From IMG/VR virus record IMGVR_UViG_3300013121_000018, positions 1 to 64,000 of that record: a stretch of DNA of 64,000 nucleotides; one strand, given 5' to 3'. This DNA comes from a virus (lineage: Duplodnaviria > Caudoviricetes). Below, piece by piece: positions 59,925-64,000 of this stretch. Each line of letters begins with the position of its first letter. Position 1 is the first letter of the stretch. The notes under the pieces are model-generated. The model did no database searches, had not been told where the DNA came from, and saw only the letters and a program-made list of their open reading frames with translations. Both the position numbers and the translations under genes were made by a program.

Positions 59925-61520
59925 ATGAGTACAAAAAAAAGTAAAAATAAGTTTGCTGCTCCTACATTAGCTGCTGTAAGTGAACCCAGTGTTGTAACAT
60001 ACACTGGGGATACTTATCCCAAAAGTGCCTGTAGGCGTATTGATAATGACTATTATCTTATCGGTGATAAAAATATCAAAGATTCTGGTCAAGTATTTCT
60101 TATCAATGATGTCTGGTATCGTCTGTCAACTAATAAGATTACATGGGACTATCGTAAAGAAGAATATGTAATTATTAGTAGTAGCACTTTGATTTACGGC
60201 TTGGTGGATGTCACAAAAGACAAAGAACCGGTTATGGGATATTTTACACCAGATGACCTGAAAGATATTATGGTCTATGATTACGGTGCGTCTGAATTTA
60301 TGGCTATGGATGAAAATATGGCATTAAAACTCCCAAATGCGGTACGATGTGTTTCAGATGGTGCTATAGTATTTTCCAAACTTAAAAACGTAAATTCTCT
60401 TAGTAGATTTGAAAAACATGCTAAAAGAAATTATCCCTCGTTTGATTTGAATAATTATGGATTTGCAAATAATCCTGGCGTTTCTCTTGTAAAAGAAAGG
60501 AATGCTAAATATATTAAAAGTAAAGAATTTACAGTAAATCCTACTATTGCAGAAATTGCAAAATTTCTTAAAGGCTATACATTTGGAGCAGAATTTGAAA
60601 CTGCATGTGGTACATTACCAACAAAAGAACTTCTTAAAACAGGATTAATTCCTGTTAAAGATGGTAGTATTTCTGGACATGAGTATGTTACTCTGGTTCA
60701 TCAAGGTGAACTAGGATTACAGCTTTTGATGGATGCAGCAAATGCATTAAGTACATGGACAACTCCAGATCAGTATTGTTCCTTACATATCCATATCGGA
60801 AATGTTCCTAGAACAAAAGAGTTTATCATCGCTATGTATATGTTGTCATACATGTTACAGCATGAATTACATGAAATCGTAGCTCCATACAAAAAAGATG
60901 TCGGTTATCTTGCATCTAAGAATCATGGCGCTAAAGACCACTGTAAATACTTGCAATCACTGAATCTATTTGGAAATCGCATTTATGATGTTCCTAAAGA
61001 ACAAAAACAAAGAGAAATCGATGTTGTCTTCAAAAATGTATTCGCATGGTTGAATGATGGACAGGGAGAAAATGTTAGAAATAATTTCGGAACAGGAGTA
61101 CATGTTAGACAAGACCGTCCTAAATGGGAATGGCAGTCTAGGTATTACTGGATGAATTTTTGCAATTTAGTATTTTCACCACATCATACAGTTGAGAACA
61201 GGTTGCATAGTGGAACAGTGAATCCAACTAAGACGTTGAATTGGTTATTGATTACTGTGGCAATGATAGATTTTGCCATTAATAATCAAGAAGAGATTAT
61301 TCGTGGCAAAACGAAGTATGCACTTGAGGATATTGTAAACAGATACTATAGAGTATCTGATAGTGGCAACATTATTGCCGATTATTTATTGGCATATATT
61401 CGTGACAGGAAAAACAATTTCTTTAATTTGTCTATGATGGGAGATATGTATGGCAATGAATTTGTAAATAAAAATACTTCCTTTGAACCTTGGGAAGTTT
61501 TGATTAAAAGACTCAAGTAA
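59925..61520 (+). CDS. putative amidoligase (Amidoligase_2-like)
   Basis: TFGAEFE, KDGSI, HEYVT, CSLHIHIG, RYYWMN, TVENRLHSGT. Confidence 0.85.
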   Translation: MSTKKSKNKFAAPTLAAVSEPSVVTYTGDTYPKSACRRIDNDYYLIGDKNIKDSGQVFLINDVWYRLSTNKITWDYRKEEYVIISSSTLIYGLVDVTKDKEPVMGYFTPDDLKDIMVYDYGASEFMAMDENMALKLPNAVRCVSDGAIVFSKLKNVNSLSRFEKHAKRNYPSFDLNNYGFANNPGVSLVKERNAKYIKSKEFTVNPTIAEIAKFLKGYTFGAEFETACGTLPTKELLKTGLIPVKDGSISGHEYVTLVHQGELGLQLLMDAANALSTWTTPDQYCSLHIHIGNVPRTKEFIIAMYMLSYMLQHELHEIVAPYKKDVGYLASKNHGAKDHCKYLQSLNLFGNRIYDVPKEQKQREIDVVFKNVFAWLNDGQGENVRNNFGTGVHVRQDRPKWEWQSRYYWMNFCNLVFSPHHTVENRLHSGTVNPTKTLNWLLITVAMIDFAINNQEEIIRGKTKYALEDIVNRYYRVSDSGNIIADYLLAYIRDRKNNFFNLSMMGDMYGNEFVNKNTSFEPWEVLIKRLK

Positions 61521-61526
61521 AAGAGA

Positions 61527-62108
61527 ATGAACGGAAAAAGAAACAGAACTAAGGGGCATGATCTCGAAAGAGATTGTGCTTCCCTTTTTAGAAATTTGGG
61601 ATTTAGTTTTGCTAAAACTACTAGAGCAGAGTCTAAAACTTTAGATGATGCCGGAGTTGATATAGCGAACATACCCTTTCTGGTACAGTGTAAAGCAGGA
61701 TACGATGACAGATACCCAAGATTTCCTGAAATTTATAAAGGAATCAGGGAAAACATTAAAAAAGCATATCCTAAAGACAGTCCTTTACAGGAACTTCCTG
61801 TAATTCTGATACATAAGCCAAATAGAAATGCCCCATATTGGAGCATTGACCAAGCTTTTGCTTTGGAATTATTTAAGAAAGCAACTGTTAATGCAGATAT
61901 TATTGCAACTGCAATTGATGTTTTGACAAAAGCAAAACAAGAAATTCTTGCTTTAGAAGAAGCTTTACAACAATCTAATGAGAAAGTAGAAGAATACACA
62001 ATTTATGATGATGTAGAGGATGATGATAATATAATTCATAGTACACCAATTTTTAATGAAACTTATGATCAGATTGTGGCATTACTAGACACACTAAAAA
62101 TAATATAA
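61527..62108 (+). CDS. Holliday-junction resolvase-like PD-(D/E)xK nuclease
   Basis: KGHDLER...LGF...GVDI...VQCKAG. Confidence 0.75.
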   Translation: MNGKRNRTKGHDLERDCASLFRNLGFSFAKTTRAESKTLDDAGVDIANIPFLVQCKAGYDDRYPRFPEIYKGIRENIKKAYPKDSPLQELPVILIHKPNRNAPYWSIDQAFALELFKKATVNADIIATAIDVLTKAKQEILALEEALQQSNEKVEEYTIYDDVEDDDNIIHSTPIFNETYDQIVALLDTLKII

Positions 62109-62112
62109 CTGT

Positions 62113-62721
62113 ATGCCAAGAGCCGCAAGTAGTGGTGCAAAAATACACTCTTTCACGCCAAACAGAACCTCAAAATACCTACTGGTCGCATTAAAAGATT
62201 GGGGAACAGCGTTTAACCAAGAATTTGAAACAGTTATAGAAAACATTTTAAAATTTGGAATACATGATGCTAAATACTATGAGGAAATAACAAATAATAT
62301 GTTTATTCTTTTCAAGGTAAATTCAAACTTGCAAAAATTTCTAGACTTTGTCAAAGAACATCCTGCTTATGTTCACGATTACAAATGCGGAAATAATCAT
62401 ATGTTAGTAGTATCTTTTCCTAATAAACATAGTCATTTAGTACCATTGTTTTTAGAAGGAAAATACTCAGAACTTTATTCTACAGAAGATGTTGATAGAT
62501 TGTTTCCTAAAAAAGTATTGATTGGAAATAAAGAAGAAATATATTCTTATTATAGAATATTAACTAAAGATAGTACATATATTCCGATATTTCAGTCAAT
62601 AATAAAAAAAGAATTTAATGTTGGTGATAAATTTGTTCCAAAAGCTAATGAAATTGTTGAACTCGATTTTCCTCCAAAATTGGAAGAAGAAATTTTTAAT
62701 TATGGGTTTAATGATTCATAG
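62113..62721 (+). CDS. conserved crAss-like hypothetical protein
   Basis: NRTSKYLL...FLEGKYSELYS...EEIFN. Confidence 0.55.
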   Translation: MPRAASSGAKIHSFTPNRTSKYLLVALKDWGTAFNQEFETVIENILKFGIHDAKYYEEITNNMFILFKVNSNLQKFLDFVKEHPAYVHDYKCGNNHMLVVSFPNKHSHLVPLFLEGKYSELYSTEDVDRLFPKKVLIGNKEEIYSYYRILTKDSTYIPIFQSIIKKEFNVGDKFVPKANEIVELDFPPKLEEEIFNYGFNDS

Positions 62722-63115
62722 TATTGCTCTTGAGAATAAAATAAATATTATACCTCAAGATTCGGAGTGGAAACTGCTTACAAAGGCAGTTTCCCTCGAA
62801 TCTAAGGGAGAACCATTCATAGGACAACTATTCGTAGCACAAACAATTATAAACCGTAAAAACGGCTGTAATTGCCCTGTAAGAGAAGTACTTACTAAAA
62901 AGTTTCATAGTAATCCTAATTATATCAAATGGATTGAAGCAGAACCATTGGATACTGCTTTAATGAGAAAATTAAGAATACTAGAAAATGTAAAGATACA
63001 TAGCTTCTGGTATTTTTATAATCTAAAAACTGCTACAGATACAAAATTCCTAAGAGCTATGAAAAAGAAAAAACATAAACTTCAAATCTATAACCATATA
63101 TTTGTTGAAAAATGA
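62711..63115 (+). CDS. SleB-like cell wall hydrolase (Hydrolase_2)
   Basis: LLTKAVSLESKGEPFIGQLFVAQTIINR...YFYN...IYNHIF. Confidence 0.7.
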   Translation: MIHSIALENKINIIPQDSEWKLLTKAVSLESKGEPFIGQLFVAQTIINRKNGCNCPVREVLTKKFHSNPNYIKWIEAEPLDTALMRKLRILENVKIHSFWYFYNLKTATDTKFLRAMKKKKHKLQIYNHIFVEK

Positions 63116-63572
63116 CAACAATAACATACTTTGGAGTTACTACCGAAACAGGTGGTGGAAAAAGACCTATCAGAAAAAGACATAACCAAAATTATAAATT
63201 ATATTCTTCTTATTATACAGAAGAAAAATTTCTTAGTTTAGGTAGAACATATGCGCTCGAATATCTTAAATTTAGAACAGATGGTAAAGTGATAGGAAAT
63301 GCACTTACAAGAATTAAAATTAATGATAAATATTTAACATGAAACCATTAACCGACAAACAAAAAATAACCTTGGAAAGAGGCAGAGTATTATACAGATT
63401 AAAAGGAATAAAAGATTTAGTTTCTTATACAGAAAGTAATAAATTTACAGAAGATGAAAAAGATGCTTTATTTTCTATAATGACAGAAATACATTCTTTA
63501 GAAACAAGATGGTCATTTAATAATAGTAAAATACTTGAACAACATGATAAGACAAAACAAAATACAATGTAA
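63112..63572 (+). CDS. two small hypothetical ORFs (63112-63342, 63339-63572)
   Basis: ORF track; overlapping start/stop. Confidence 0.5.
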
Positions 63573-63879
63573 TAATTGTGGTGATATTATTGAATCTGTA
63601 CACGTTCATGATTTTAAATGGTGTAGTTGTGGTAATTGTGCAGTTGATGGTGGAAGAGAATATCTTAAACGTAACGGCATTAATTACAAAGATTTATCAA
63701 CTGTAGATATAGAACTTGAAAAGTTAACACAGTTATATAAACTTTTAAATATGTCCTTAGAAGCATTTAATAACATTCAGAATCAAAAAGTTTTAATAAG
63801 CGAGGGTTATGCTGTAACAGATACTTATCAGATTGCAGCAGCAATTAATAAATTTCTAAAAGATGAAACAAATACCTAG
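63544..63879 (+). CDS. conserved phage Zn-binding protein
   Basis: CNNCGDIIES.H.HDFKWCSCG..AVDGG..YLKR. Confidence 0.7.
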   Translation: MIRQNKIQCNNCGDIIESVHVHDFKWCSCGNCAVDGGREYLKRNGINYKDLSTVDIELEKLTQLYKLLNMSLEAFNNIQNQKVLISEGYAVTDTYQIAAAINKFLKDETNT

Positions 63880-64000
63880 TGCAGAAGAATTTTTAGAAAA
63901 AGAAAATTTACCAGATTCTTTAAGTGGAGGAACTCTAAAATATGCAATGATTGAATTTGCTAAAATGCATGTAGAAGCAGCATTAGAAGCTGCTGCCGAA
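63863..64000 (+). CDS. hypothetical protein, partial
   Basis: MKQIPSAEEFL...MIEFAKMHVEAALEAAAE; runs off the right edge. Confidence 0.55.
   Translation, partial: MKQIPSAEEFLEKENLPDSLSGGTLKYAMIEFAKMHVEAALEAAAE

Noticed and set aside
1-64000. Stop-codon reassignment (TAG/TGA), known in some crAss-like phages
   Set aside because: Hallmark genes are full length under code 11, TAG and TGA end genes at sensible boundaries, and no suppressor tRNA was seen.

Overview
AT-rich (roughly 30% GC by eye) segment of a crAss-like (Crassvirales-type) podophage, most likely infecting a Bacteroidota host. The host inference rests on TAnnTTTG/-33 TTTG promoters and Sec signal peptides ending A/S|Q. The left arm (1-29.7 kb, minus strand) is the late/structural module: fibres, capsid-associated proteins, major capsid protein, scaffold, portal, a GroEL-like chaperonin, large terminase, GroES-like and HU-like genes, tRNA-Trp and a putative structured ncRNA. 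The right arm (29.9-64 kb, plus strand) holds small early ORFs rich in membrane and secreted proteins, tRNAs, family B DNA polymerase, an intron-split DnaB-like helicase, an AAA ATPase, primase and uracil-DNA glycosylase. It also carries a phiEco32-like amidoligase/glutamine amidotransferase cluster, a resolvase and a SleB-like hydrolase. Highlights: (1) two tRNA genes have been split by homing endonucleases with their acceptor-stem halves left behind, and one insertion carries a replacement tRNA-Arg. (2) There is an anticodon-less initiator-like mini-tRNA. (3) Three fibre-like paralogues share one N-terminal domain, and two of them carry secretion signals. (4) Two group I introns interrupt catalytic motifs, one with an antisense GIY-YIG gene. 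(5) A 20-bp box lies at identical spacing upstream of the capsid-operon promoter and the intron-endonuclease promoter. All calls are by eye from motifs and synteny; no database searches were run.
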